Origin: the human T2T-CHM13v2.0 reference genome, Homo sapiens
Assembly: GCF_009914755.1 (NCBI RefSeq)
Contig: NC_060925.1
DNA: 64,000 bases
Strand: one strand, 5' to 3'
In this document: piece by piece, positions 11,135 to 23,345 of the stretch
How the letters are laid out: each line of letters opens with the position of its first letter
How positions within the stretch are numbered: the first letter of the stretch is position 1
Translations under genes and position numbers: made by a program
Notes under the pieces: generated by a model
Database searches by the model: none
Told to the model about the DNA's origin: nothing
The model's input: the letters and a program-made list of their open reading frames with translations, nothing else

Positions 11135-12445
11135 CAGAAAAATAACTCAAAATGGATCACCAGCCTAAATGTAAAATGCAAAACTATAAATTCCTAGAAG
11201 AGAATCGCCAAGGAGAAAATCTAGATGACCTTGGATATGAAAATGAATATCACATCAAGATCCAGTCCATGAAAGAAAGAATTGATAAACTGGACTTCAT
11301 TAAAATTTTTTTTAAAAAATCTCTGTTCTGCAAAAGACAACATCAGTGTAGTGGAAAGAAAAGCCACAGATTGGGAGAAGATACTTGCAAAGGGGGTATC
11401 TGATTCTAAAAAACCTGTAATCCAAAATATACAAAGAATTCTTAAAACTCAACAATAAGAAAACAAACAATCCAACTAAAAATACCAGACATCTCACCCA
11501 AGATAATACATATGGCAAATAAGCATGTGAAAAGATACTCTACATCATATGTCATTAGAGAAATGCAAAATGAAACAACAATGAGATACCAATACACACC
11601 TGTTAAAATGGCCAAAATCCAGAACACTGACTACAGCAAATGCCAAAAAGGATATGCAACAACAGGAATTCCCATTTGTTGCTGGTGGGAATGCAACATG
11701 GTACAGTCACTTTGGAAGTGGTTGGTGGTTTCTCATGAAACTAATCATACTCTTAGCTTATGATTGAGCAATTATGCCCTTTAATCTCTGCCCAAAGGAG
11801 TTGAAAACTTGTGCCCACACAAAAACCTGCACATGAATGTTTATACCAGCATTATTCATATTTGTCAAAACTTGGAAGCAACCAAGATGTCCTTCAGTAG
11901 GTGAGTGGATAAACTGTGGTACATCCAGACAATGGAATATTATTCAGCACTAAAAAGAAATGAGCTATTAAGCCCTGAAAAGACATGGAGGAAACATAAA
12001 TGCATATTACTAAATGAAAGAAGCCAATCTGAAAAGGCTACATATTGTATGATTCCAACTATAACACTCTGGAAAAGGCAAAACTATGGAGACAGAAAAC
12101 AGAAAATTGGTGGTTGCTAGGGGTTATAGGGTTATTGGGGAGGGAGGGAGGAATGGGCAGAGCACAGAGAATTTTTAGGGCAGAGTGAAAATACTATGAT
12201 GTTATAATGGTGGATACATGCCATTATAAATTTGTCTAAACCCACAGAATGTACAACACCAAGAACAAACCCTAATGTCAACTATGGACTCTGGGTGGTA
12301 ATGATGTGTCAATATAAGTTTATGAGCTGTTGGATATTAGTAATGGGGAGGTTATGTATGTATGGGAGCAGAAGACATATGCGCTACCTCTGTACCTTCC
12401 TCTCAAATGTGCTGTAATCTGCTCTACAAAAATACTCTTTAAATT
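11135..12445 (+). mobile_element. Old L1M (L1MB/MC-like) 3' fragment
   Basis: Degenerate ORF2 pieces (IDKLDFIKI, REMQNETTMRYQYTPVKMAKIQ, KLWYIQTMEYYSALKRNE) plus L1M 3'UTR. Confidence 0.85.
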
Positions 12446-14382
12446 AAAAAGTAACCTTACATTGCTGATGTGCCCAGAGGAGCATTTGGAAGGGCCTGAG
12501 AGGACCACCAGGAAACTTCATAAACAAACAGATCCCCCAAAAAGAATGAGGGTCCTGCATAGGAGCAAGACAGAAAAATGGACAAAAGAGTCACCTAGAA
12601 GAAACTAGTCATACTACAAAGTTTAGCTCAAGGCCAGTCCTGAGAACTATGTACTATCATCTACCAAGCTGTCCAGGACATTTCCAGTATTGTTTTCTTT
12701 TAAATTCCTACAAAGGAAGAGTGCTATAACTACTTGTGCCTGAAAGATAAGTAGCTTAAGCATAAGAAAGCTAAACAATATGCCTGAGTTCTAAGTAAAT
12801 TAGGGCAGAAACTAGGAACAAAAAGCAAATATCCCAATTATGGACAACCCCTCTAGCCATCCCACTCTCCTAAGGGTACTTCATGAAAAGAACTGCAAAA
12901 TTATTCTGTCTTTTGAAACTGGGAACTTTTGAGGGGACTAGTGCCACATAGTAATTGTGTCAAGGCCTACAGACATCTCTTAAAAGCATTATTTTTTTTA
13001 ATTAATTCTGTTGAGATTTTGGAATTTTTGTTTCAAAAATGTGTTTGGGAGAGAAATCCACAAGGTTTTAGGTTATTAGGAAGTAGTCCACGAATAAAAA
13101 CCTGTGAAAACCAATGTCTAAAATGGATTAATGCTCTCTACACAGGAATAGTCATCAGTATAGTGAAAAAGAAATACTAATGTAAACGGATTCCTTATTT
13201 ACTAGATGAAAAATGGCTTTCTTCAGACTTTTAAAAAAGACTTTGTGACTATTATCATATAGATATTTAAAATTTTATATTTTGTTAACTTAATATACCC
13301 AAATTTCAAAAAAGTAGTCAATAGGACACTTGACACTCCAATGGTTTGGCAAAATTCCAGGGACAGAAATTAAAATCTCAGTCAAAAAAAACACCAAAAA
13401 AGAAATTCCTAGCTTTAACTCATAGACAATATGCCAACTATGTAACCTATTTTATAAGAAAGTATTTATATCACCTATTCTCCCCTGGTATTCCATGCAC
13501 AAAAAGAGTGTAGCAGCAGGAACACACAACAATTCCCTTACTCAGACCTCATACTTACAGTCCTTTACCTTACAGACCTAATAGCTACAACATTCTATCC
13601 AAGGTATTTCAATATACATTAGTATTTTTTTAGGAAAAAAAAAAAAAACTTCATGATGCTCCTGTTGTTGCTTTATGAAGGGCATCTAGATGTTTTTGTA
13701 AAGAGGGGGCTATTAAATTTAAGCAGGACCTGCCTGCATTGGAAGAATCACATACTCCATATCATATACTTGGCATATACTTGGTACAAATTTAAGACAG
13801 AACCATGGAATTACACTAACTGGAATTATCAATACAAGGATTGGTAAAATTATTAACTTAGCTATAATACATGTCAAGTATTAGGTTTAACCTGTGATTC
13901 ATTTCTGACCAAAACACTCATTTTCTCTCAGCTTCTGGGTATGAAAATTACATTCTCAAAAATTAATCATAATTTTTAAATCTCAGATCATATCAGGGGT
14001 TAAGGAGTATAGTACAAAATCTCATGAGGTCATATTTTCATTCTGTTAAAAGAATATTTCACCAACTAAATAGGACAAAAAAATTTTTTAAAGACAGGCA
14101 TTATACTTCTTTAAATATATTCAACAACTAGGGTAATAAAAGTTTTCATTTTTTCCAATTACTCATCACCATATAGCATGTAACTTCCTGATTTTTTCCT
14201 TTTTTTTTTTTTAACTAACCCACCTATTTAACATTTCATAAGGTAAACGATAGGTTTACAGCTCTTAGAAATTTGGAAACTAAAATATCTTACTAACTGA
14301 AAAAAGCAAAGCACAGAATAATACATAGAATGATACTTTTGTGTTTTTAAAAGCAAGTATCTTGGTTCCTAAATTTCCTATT

Positions 14383-14713
14383 TTTATTTATTTATTTCTT
14401 TATTTTTAATTTATTTTTTTTTTTTAAGAGGCAGGGTCTCCCTCTGTCACCCAGGCTAGAGGGCCGTGGCACCATCATGGCTCACTGTAGCCTCAAAGTC
14501 CCTGGGCTCAAGCAATCCTCCCACTTCAACTGACTGAGTAGACGGGGCTACAGGTGCATGCCACCATGCGTAGGTAATTTTTTTTTAATATATTTTTGTA
14601 CAGACGGGGTCTAGCTATGCTGCCAAAGCTGGTCTTGAACTCCTGGGCCCAAGCAAGCCTCCTTCCTTGGCCTTCCAAACTGCTGTGATTACAAGCGTGA
14701 GCCACAGCATCCA
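14383..14713 (-). mobile_element. Alu (AluJ-like)
   Basis: Antisense Alu with T-rich tail. Confidence 0.88.
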
Positions 14714-15254
14714 ATGGCTTTCACATTTCTAAAGCTTAAGTAGGTGAGTTATTTTATATAAATATTTTTAGTTAATAGGAATAGGAATTAATAACTTTTA
14801 TTAATAATGGTTAGCATAGAGTGGGAGCAGAAGGGAGAAGTATGACAGGGGAAATTTTTACTCTTCATAATTTAAGACACGCAAGATATATAATACAAGA
14901 ATCTCAGATACATTATGCAAGAAACTTGTATTTTTTCTTTGCCTTCTTCTATAAACTTTTAAAAAAATATAGAAAGTTCATAAATTATCTGGAAAACCTC
15001 CACCACTAATCTGTTCAATCAATCTCTCCAGTAGAGGGCATGGTAGGTTCAACACAGAAAATGTATGGTTAGGTTATCAGCCACTCTCAAACTGAGGTTT
15101 TGTTGTGCAACTTTTACAACCCACTGCATTGTTTCTTCCTCTACCACAGGATGGAAAATATGTGTCATCTTTATGTGGAGCAATTCTGTTTACCTAAAAG
15201 CCAGTTGCAACAACAAAAAGGGAAGTCATCAAAGATTCCAGCTTTTGTTTTACC

Positions 15255-15382
15255 TATATATACGTAAATATATGTAATGCATATGTAAATATACATGTAA
15301 TACATATTACATATATGCGTGAAATATATGATGTATATATTCATGTCACATATATTACATGTATATGTAAATATACATATAT
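15255..15382. repeat. Degenerate (TA)n/TACA low-complexity repeat
   Basis: TATATATACGTAAATATATGTAATGCATATGTAAATATACATG... Confidence 0.8.
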
Positions 15383-15741
15383 TGGCCTGTCTTTTAAAAG
15401 ACATTAACATGGCAAGTTTTTGAGGAAAAGGTTTCTATAGCAGGTACTGCCTTAACTCTTAAAATTACATATAGATACAAAAATTACAAGTTGATTTATA
15501 TCCAGATTTATTAACCAACCACATAATTTTCAGAGAAAAATTAATTTTCTGCCACCTAACATCAGTCACTGATCTGGAAGGGTTTATGAAAAAAGCAAAG
15601 AATTATATTAAACACAAAAACATCAAGAATAATCTATATTTAAACCAGTTGCTTATGCAGGTACATGTATATTCACTTTCATTAATATATTGAGATGATT
15701 AAACTTCCTTGGCTTGGAGATATCTGAAAAGTGTAATTAAT

Positions 15742-15919
15742 TATTATTATTATTTTAAGAGACAGGGTCTCACTCTATCACTCAGGTTGGAGTGCAATGG
15801 CACAATCATAGCTCACTGTAACTTGAATGCTTGAACCTCGAACTTCTGAGCTCAAGCCTTCCACCTGCCTCAGCCTCCCAAAGTGCTGGGATTTCCAGCA
15901 TGAACCACAATACCCAGCC
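15742..15919 (-). mobile_element. Alu monomer (FLAM/FRAM-like)
   Basis: GAGACAGGGTCTCACTCT..GCCTCCCAAAGTGCTGGGATT..CCCAGCC. Confidence 0.8.
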
Positions 15920-16199
15920 TGAAAAGTTTAAATGTTAATCAGTTTCCTTATTTTTCCTACGTATTATCCAGTGAGCATTTATTAAATATCTATAATGAGC
16001 TTAATCTTCTACAAATTTGTGTATCTTGTGTATTTGTGTACCTACAAATTGAAACATCTTGATATTTAATAGTACCTACATATTTATAACCTAATTACGT
16101 CTGAGTTAATCCTCGTACGATTTTTTCCATCTTGAACAGCTATGATTTGAACATTTCCTTTTGCCACACATATGCAAATCAGTAATAAACTTCCGTACA

Positions 16200-16400
16200 G
16201 TACTTTAGAGCTTAGAAAAGACCTTTCATGTAAGAGTCACATAATATCCTATGAGGCTGGCAAGAAAATACATGTTACTCTTATTACAGATGAGAAACTG
16301 GGACTCAAAGAGGTGTGAAGCTAGTGTCCCAACAGTTACTTAGCATTTACTGGATAAGCCCAGGCTCTAACTGGGTCTCCTGACAGAAGTCCAGCTCTCT
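16200..16400 (-). mobile_element. MIR remnant
   Basis: MIR core TTACAGATGAGAAACTGGGACTCAAAGAGGTGTGAAG. Confidence 0.6.
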
Positions 16401-17924
16401 CTCTCTGCTGCCTCTTTGTCAGAACTCCTGGCCTGCCAGCGAATTTAACTGTCTATGAGTAAATTCTAACATCTAAGGTTCTAAGTATAAAATATATTGA
16501 GGTTTACAGTGGTGAGAAAAAGCAAGTGTCTGCGTATTACAGACAGCTGATAAATACGTATTGAGTCATCAGAAAGTGAAAATAGATGTAGGACTATTAT
16601 GCAAAGCATAGGAGAGGAAGAGCATATGCTTAAGAAAAAATGGCATTCCTAGAGTTAACAAGCATGTTTCAAAGTATCTATTACTGAAATCTACACGATT
16701 TTCCTTTCCACAATAAAGTCCACAACTGTTGTCTTAAATAATAACTGCAGGTTTTGCCCTCCAAGTCAAACTTGGAGCTCCAACTACTGGCAGCTCACCG
16801 TAAGAATATATTAATTATTTCCAATTTCCTTTTAAGAAGTCGAATACAAAGTAGAGAGAATATCTGCAGCTTGGTTGCAAAGCCGCTTAAACATTTCACT
16901 GGCTAGTTCTGGTAATATTATCCGAAATCAACTCATTTTGTGGTTGAGGTAATCTATTTGTCTTTACCAATCAAGTCGTTTTAAAACCTTCAGGAGTAGA
17001 GATGATACTTGAAGAATTAACAAATAAAACTTAATCAAGGAAACTGTTAACTCATTCTCCCCCCTACTTTTTGCCAGTTATTAAATGTTCTGGTAAATCC
17101 TAACTCAACAAGAATGACTCATGAGGAAATCCTGACTCCTTGAACTCACTGATTCTGGTGCATTACAGCTATGAAATCTCTATGTCTGCAGCTTTCTCTC
17201 CCACCATAAGGAAATCTGTGATTTCTATTTTGGCAGGAGATGTGACCAAGGACTCCTGAGGAATGACCCTATAGACAGACCCAGCCACGTGCCTAGTAGT
17301 GATCAAAAATGCAAACCCAATTAAAGCACTGTCTTCTGATAAAGTCACTTTCTCTTGTTCAATCCCTAATGTTCATTCTCAAAGTGTTCCAAGACGCCCC
17401 AGCAAGCTGCAGAGCAGATCCCACCCTGCCCCTGGGCAATCAACGTTTCAGGTTACTCCTTCCTTAAGTTAAGTGGCAGAGAGAAACGGGCGAGGGTCTC
17501 CCCATTGCCTCAGTTCACAGACCAGGGGGTGTCGAATGAGTCCTACAGCAGGACAGCAAACAAGAAATGAGGCGCGGGGTCAGGGAACGCGCTCAAAAAA
17601 GGAAGAAAAATCCCACTCTTCATTCGAAATCAGGCCACTGCACTCCGGCCTCGTGGCGGGCGACCTCCTCCTGCCAGGGAATCGCCGCTCTGGCCTCGGG
17701 CTGGGGAGCCCGTCAGGGTGGGTGAGGGAGCGCCGGCGCCCCCGCCGGGCCGCCGCCAACTTCGGCTCCCTCCCTCCGTCGCAAAGCCCTCGAGCCCGCC
17801 CGGCCGCCACGCTTCAGCAAAAGGTCGTGCGCAGCGGCCCACACTGAAGACTCTCCATCTGCTCCCACACCTGCCCCAGCTGGCCGCTGCTATGTGGCCC
17901 GAGTGCGCAAGAAGCCGGGGCCGC

Positions 17925-17932
17925 AGACGTCA
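17925..17932. promoter_or_regulatory. RGS2: CRE (AGACGTCA, 7/8 match to TGACGTCA)
   Basis: About 180 bp upstream of the TSS; RGS2 is a known cAMP/CREB-inducible gene. Confidence 0.75.
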
Positions 17933-18019
17933 GCAGCGCCCCGGCTTCGAGACCCTTCGGCAGCAGCCGTGACTGCCGCCGGCGGGCGCTGACCCATCCC
18001 CGTGCCAGTCTGCAGCCGA

Positions 18020-18088
18020 CCAATCCGCGTCCTCTTGAGGCGGGGCCGGAGCCGCGAGGCCCCGCCCCCAAGCCGAGGCCTCATAAAT
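18020..18088 (+). promoter_or_regulatory. RGS2: Core promoter: CCAAT (18020-18024), GC boxes (18037-18045, 18060-18069), TATA-like CATAAAT (18082-18088); TSS ~18109
   Basis: Motifs in canonical order and spacing upstream of the ATG at 18142. Confidence 0.75.
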
Positions 18089-18141
18089 GCTGCGACGCAC
18101 GCCCAGCCGCAAACAGCCGGGGCTCCAGCGGGAGAACGATA

Positions 18142-18251
18142 ATGCAAAGTGCTATGTTCTTGGCTGTTCAACACGACTGCAGACCCATGGACAAGAGCGC
18201 AGGCAGTGGCCACAAGAGCGAGGAGAAGCGAGAAAAGATGAAACGGACCCT
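18142..18251 (+). CDS. RGS2: RGS2 coding exon 1 (MQSAMFLAVQHDCRPMDKSAGSGHKSEEKREKMKRTL)
   Basis: Recognised RGS2 N-terminus; 110 nt; donor CT|GTGAGT. Confidence 0.97.
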
Positions 18252-19235
18252 GTGAGTATGGCTTTCTTCCCTCTCCCGCCACCCCCTGCCCCACACTGCA
18301 AGCTGCAAACGCGGTACTTTCGGGCTCGCCTTTGACGTTAGGAAACTAGCCTGAGCCTATGCAGGGAAAAAAAATCGAAAAGGTCAATTTGTTAAGTAAG
18401 GTTAAATCTGGGTGATGCTCGGGTACAGTTTAAGAACCGAGGGAGACAGTTGATATGAGGGCGGTGGTTGATGCGCTAAGAAATTGCGGGTTGGCTTTTT
18501 GTCCTCCTGCATTCAAAATGACATCAGAATCCTGCGGCTGAAGCGCGTCCCCAGCATTCATACGTTGCATGATGAGTTCTCATCAGCTTACACAGCTACT
18601 GGAAGGTGATGCTCTTGCTGGTTCTGAATATACTCGTTTAAAATCCATTTTTGTTTTTTAATTATAGAGCAGATCTCACCCAGTCCGAATGTGGAACAAA
18701 TAATTGTTATGCAGCGTCTGCTTAAAAGAAGTGTCGTAGGTGGGGAAGGAAGAGCGCAGGGGAATCAGTCACCCACCTCTTTGTACAGTCTCTGGCGTGG
18801 TCCAGAACCTCCTGCTCTAAAGAGAGAAGCGTGGGCCGGCTCCAGACAGTTCCATGTCTGTCCTTTTCATTAAAGTGCAAAACGTCTCGGAATTGTAATT
18901 AACCTTGCAAACAAACTGATGCCCTTTGTGAGCCAGAAATAGTGTCTGCCTTTTGAACTAAATTCATTAACAATTCTTTAAAATACCCTAGTGATTATAG
19001 GTAGCCCTGCCCTTAGTTGTAAAACTAGTAGATACGGTCAGATTAATGGACGAAACTGCTCAGTACATGAGGTTTAAATGTTAGGTGGATAAGACTTATT
19101 TGAAGAGTTCTTGCTTTGCCTTATGCGGTTTGTCTCTAGTTACTGGGTGACTTTATTTGGTAAAAATGCGTTCAGCTGCAGTAGCATATTCAAGTGTTGC
19201 TAGTTAGTAATTATCTTTTTAATTTTTTGTTTTAG

Positions 19236-19337
19236 TTTAAAAGATTGGAAGACCCGTTTGAGCTACTTCTTACAAAATTCCTCTACTCCTGGGAAGCCCA
19301 AAACCGGCAAAAAAAGCAAACAGCAAGCTTTCATCAA
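19236..19337 (+). CDS. RGS2: RGS2 coding exon 2 (LKDWKTRLSYFLQNSSTPGKPKTGKKSKQQAFIK)
   Basis: Acceptor TTTTAG|, donor AA|GTAAGT; 102 nt; frame continues from exon 1. Confidence 0.97.
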
Positions 19338-19439
19338 GTAAGTTGAGAATCCTGTGCTTGCAAATATCAATAGTTAGCTGCTGAACTGAAAAGGGGAACT
19401 CTGATGTGCGTAAGCTAACATACAGAACCTCTCTTGCAG

Positions 19440-19501
19440 GCCTTCTCCTGAGGAAGCACAGCTGTGGTCAGAAGCATTTGACGAGCTGCTAGCCAGCAAA
19501 T
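19440..19501 (+). CDS. RGS2: RGS2 coding exon 3 (PSPEEAQLWSEAFDELLASK)
   Basis: Acceptor TTGCAG|, donor T|GTAAGT; 62 nt. Confidence 0.97.
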
Positions 19502-20050
19502 GTAAGTTAACTCTTGAGCTTGAGCCATTGCTAACATCGCAAAAGCCTGGAAAGGCTGCGTCCACCTAACAAAAGAGCAGCTTGCCTGAGGGGGATTAGA
19601 CTGCAGTCACTATAGGATAAAGCCTGTTTTTCTTTCCTTTATTTCCCAGGGTTTAACAAATAAATGCATATATTCTCTCCAGGTGGGGAAGAAAATCAGC
19701 CTAAACAAATTAAAGTGGCAGTTGCTTATAGTTAAGGTTGAGTCAGTTTTTCCATTGCATACAATGTTTTCAAGAGGCTTAGTTCCCAGAGAATTTATGG
19801 CTCCCCTATAAATATTTACTTTGCATTGACAGCAAAGTACTTATATTTTTGCAGCAGAGTGCCAACATAAGCCTTTTGCCTACTAGTATCTTAGTCTTTA
19901 AAAAGCTAAATTTTGAGAATTACAGGTTTGAGCGAAATCTAGAAAATTCATTTAGAAATAATTAAAATGTGAGGGATAGGAGAAACATAAGGAATCATTT
20001 GGTCTCTCAGTTCTTCACATTCTGCATGCTCTCTTTTCTCCCCCCTTCAG

Positions 20051-20217
20051 ATGGTCTTGCTGCATTCAGGGCTTTTTTAAAGTCGGAATTCTGTGAAGAA
20101 AATATTGAATTCTGGCTGGCCTGTGAAGACTTCAAAAAAACCAAATCACCCCAAAAGCTGTCCTCAAAAGCAAGGAAAATATATACTGACTTCATAGAAA
20201 AGGAAGCTCCAAAAGAG
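20051..20217 (+). CDS. RGS2: RGS2 coding exon 4 ([36 protein letters not shown]), RGS domain
   Basis: RGS signature [17 protein letters not shown]; acceptor CTTCAG|, donor GAG|GTAAGG; 167 nt. Confidence 0.98.
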
Positions 20218-20471
20218 GTAAGGAAACAAGTTCCTAATTTCAGCACAATCTGGACATCTTTAGCACAAAAGTGAAACAAAGTAATCAAGGACAAAGCGGG
20301 CTAGGAGGGGTAAAAAGTCCCTCCACGTTGTAGCTTTCAGTTATGTTAAAGTTCTCCTGTGACTTAGCTAGTAAAGCTAATCACACATAATTTTTATTTT
20401 TTGTTTTCAAATACTAAATTTTAATCTTTAACTCTGAATACCAAATAAACAACTTTTTTGTTTTATTTCAG

Positions 20472-20666
20472 ATAAACATAGATTTTCAAACCAAAACTCT
20501 GATTGCCCAGAATATACAAGAAGCTACAAGTGGCTGCTTTACAACTGCCCAGAAAAGGGTATACAGCTTGATGGAGAACAACTCTTATCCTCGTTTCTTG
20601 GAGTCAGAATTCTACCAGGACTTGTGTAAAAAGCCACAAATCACCACAGAGCCTCATGCTACATGA
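20472..20666 (+). CDS. RGS2: RGS2 coding exon 5 (INIDFQTK..SYPRFLESEFYQDLCKKPQITTEPHAT*)
   Basis: Acceptor TTTCAG|; 195 nt; exons sum to 636 nt = 211 aa plus TGA. Confidence 0.98.
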   Translation: MNIDFQTKTLIAQNIQEATSGCFTTAQKRVYSLMENNSYPRFLESEFYQDLCKKPQITTEPHAT

Positions 20667-21345
20667 AATGTAAAAGGGAGCCCAGAAATGGAGGACATTT
20701 CATTCTTTTTCCTGAGGGGAAGGACTGTGACCTGCCATAAAGACTGACCTTGAATTCAGCCTGGGTGTTCAGGAAACATCACTCAGAACTATTGATTCAA
20801 AGTTGGGTAGTGAATCAGGAAGCCAGTAACTGACTAGGAGAAGCTGGTATCAGAACAGCTTCCCTCACTGTGTACAGAACGCAAGAAGGGAATAGGTGGT
20901 CTGAACGTGGTGTCTCACTCTGAAAAGCAGGAATGTAAGATGATGAAAGAGACAATGTAATACTGTTGGTCCAAAAGCATTTAAAATCAATAGATCTGGG
21001 ATTATGTGGCCTTAGGTAGCTGGTTGTACATCTTTCCCTAAATCGATCCATGTTACCACATAGTAGTTTTAGTTTAGGATTCAGTAACAGTGAAGTGTTT
21101 ACTATGTGCAACGGTATTGAAGTTCTTATGACCACAGATCATCAGTACTGTTGTCTCATGTAATGCTAAAACTGAAATGGTCCGTGTTTGCATTGTTAAA
21201 AATGATGTGTGAAATAGAATGAGTGCTATGGTGTTGAAAACTGCAGTGTCCGTTATGAGTGCCAAAAATCTGTCTTGAAGGCAGCTACACTTTGAAGTGG
21301 TCTTTGAATACTTTTAATAAATTTATTTTGATAAATAATATTGAA
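20667..21345 (+). other. RGS2: RGS2 3'UTR
   Basis: Repeat-free segment between the stop codon and the poly(A) signal; 3' end approximate. Confidence 0.85.
21316..21321 (+). terminator. RGS2: Polyadenylation signal AATAAA
   Basis: AATAAA ~650 nt after the stop, followed by GT/T-rich downstream sequence (TGTGATTTTATTTTTG at 21361). Confidence 0.85.
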
Positions 21346-22589
21346 CACTTGGAGTCTAGATGTGATTTTATTTTTGATAACTGGAAATGTGGCAGATAAA
21401 GGGAAAACATCTTTATAGTAAAAGACATTTCAGTTTTTGTGCCTGCCCAGTGAGAATTGACAGTCTTCAGAACTGAGAAATGATAGTTGCAGACAGATAA
21501 TTCTTTTTTTAAAACCTATAAGCATTATGCAGACCTAAGGAAGTCACATCCTTAGAACCACTGCATTTATGCTTTCTAATCTTAAAAAAAAAATCAAGCT
21601 TGTTAATGAAACACTGATCTAAAGGATTCTGTATCTAAGTACCAGCTAAATATGAGAAGTAAATGTAATGGAGACAAGCACAAAAATTATTCACATAATT
21701 AAGCTTCTCAAATGAAGAAAGAAGCCAAATAAGGTCAATGTATGCCTGTCTTTATTTACTTTCCATTGGTTCCAAGCTCCCCCACAAGTACCAGCATGGG
21801 CTTCCAAGATACATACCTGAAATTGTTCCCTTCCATAATGTATCAATAGAAAATCTCAGAATTTTCCTGATTTTCATGCCTTCATTTGGCCAACAAAGAA
21901 TCTGTTACTTTAGGTAATGATAAAGTCAAAAGAAGTGCGCTTTCGTTTCTTAGACTTAAATCCAGAAATGTGCTTTTTTCCACTTGAGAGAGGAAGCCCT
22001 TGAATCTGTTTTCAAACTGGCTAATTAAAAAGCACCCCTTCCTCAGCAGGCTGTTTTTTTCAATGTCCTTGATTATGGTCTTAATAAAAAAGGAGGAGGA
22101 ACCCTGATTTTAGAGTTGGAAGAACTGACGCAAAGTAATCATTTCTCATAGCTTTGTGACCTTGGGTGTCCCCATTGTCTTCTCTGACTCTTCATTTTAG
22201 ACCTTCCTGCCTTTCTGGTTTTATAAAGTAGTAAGGGACTTTAGAAATCATAAAGCACTAAGAACATTTTTTTTCTGATTTGCCAGAAGAAAAATTGACC
22301 TCCAGTAGTTTACTGTTTCCATTGTGATTGCACTAATTTTCACCTTAGCCAGAGTTTCTGGCACCAACAGACACAAGCTCTATTAGAGAGACTGCCTTGT
22401 CTACTGTATCACAGCAGCCAGAATAATACATAATAGGTGCTCCATAAATATTGATTGAATAAATGAATCCAAAGAGTCATTGAAACAAATATTTCTTTGG
22501 AGAATAAATGTGTCAGGTCTAGCATAATCCTTAATTTGGAAAGATTTTGACCAACAGAGGAACTCAGGAGTCATGCCATATATCATCCT

Positions 22590-23345
22590 ATTTGTCACCA
22601 AGTCATTTATTTTACTTCAAACCTCTCTACAGCCTACTCTCTGTTACCACTCTGATCAAAGACACCACCATCTGATGCCTAGATTACTGCAATAGTCTCA
22701 TCTCCTCTCACCCACTCTTCCCCCTCTCCCACACCAATGTGTTCCTGCCTTTTAACTCTAGGGATCCCTTCAAGACAAATCTGATCTTGTCTCCAGTTGC
22801 TTATAAACACCTTGACAGGTTTTGCAAACAATTAGGATAAAGACAGTATCTCTAATATGGCCTAACACCTGCATGGCTTGACCCCTCCTTTTGTTCCAAC
22901 CTTGACTCTACCACATTTCTCCCAGCTCTTTCTGCTAAGCCACACTGTCCTACTTTCCTAGCAGGTGCCATGCCCACTGGCCTCACAGGACCTTAGCACC
23001 TAATAGTTCCTCTGCATGGAATTCAGTTTTAGCTCTTACTCATGCACATATCAATGCAATTGCCACTTCCTTAGGGAAGCTTCCCTGACCTCCTTACCTC
23101 GGTCAGATCCCCTTTTAGATGGTCTTATAGCACCAGGTTCTCTAATTTAGAGCACTTAATGGAGTTGTAAGTTCTCATTAATTTGTCTGATTATTTAATA
23201 ATTCTATATCTTCCTCCACCAAATTGTAGGAACCACAATTTGAGGACCCTTGGCCTTTTTCCGCTCACCACTGAATCCCAACACCTAGCATAGTGCCTGC
23301 TGTACAATGGGAGCTGCATAAATAGTTGTTGAATGAATGGATGAG
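22590..23345 (+). mobile_element. L2 3' fragment
   Basis: Pyrimidine-rich L2 body ending ACCTAGCATAGTGCCTG..AATAGTTGTTGAATGAATGG. Confidence 0.75.

Larger units (their letters stand above)
17480..18560. promoter_or_regulatory. RGS2: CpG island spanning the RGS2 promoter and exon 1
   Basis: Abrupt rise in GC and CpG density against the AT-rich background. Confidence 0.92.

Noticed and set aside
17473-18335. Several overlapping 60-134 aa ORFs in the promoter
   Set aside because: Expected from stop-codon scarcity in a CpG island; low-complexity R/G/A/P translations, mostly non-ATG starts.
19338-19439. In-frame retention of the 102-nt intron 2, or use of the upstream CAG at 19423-19425
   Set aside because: Retention meets TAA immediately (AAG TAA). 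The upstream AG is only ~6 nt from the likely branch point (GCTAAC) and would frameshift.
19969-20274. 101-aa ORF as a standalone RGS protein
   Set aside because: It is exon 4 read into flanking introns; splice sites at 20051 and 20217 explain it.
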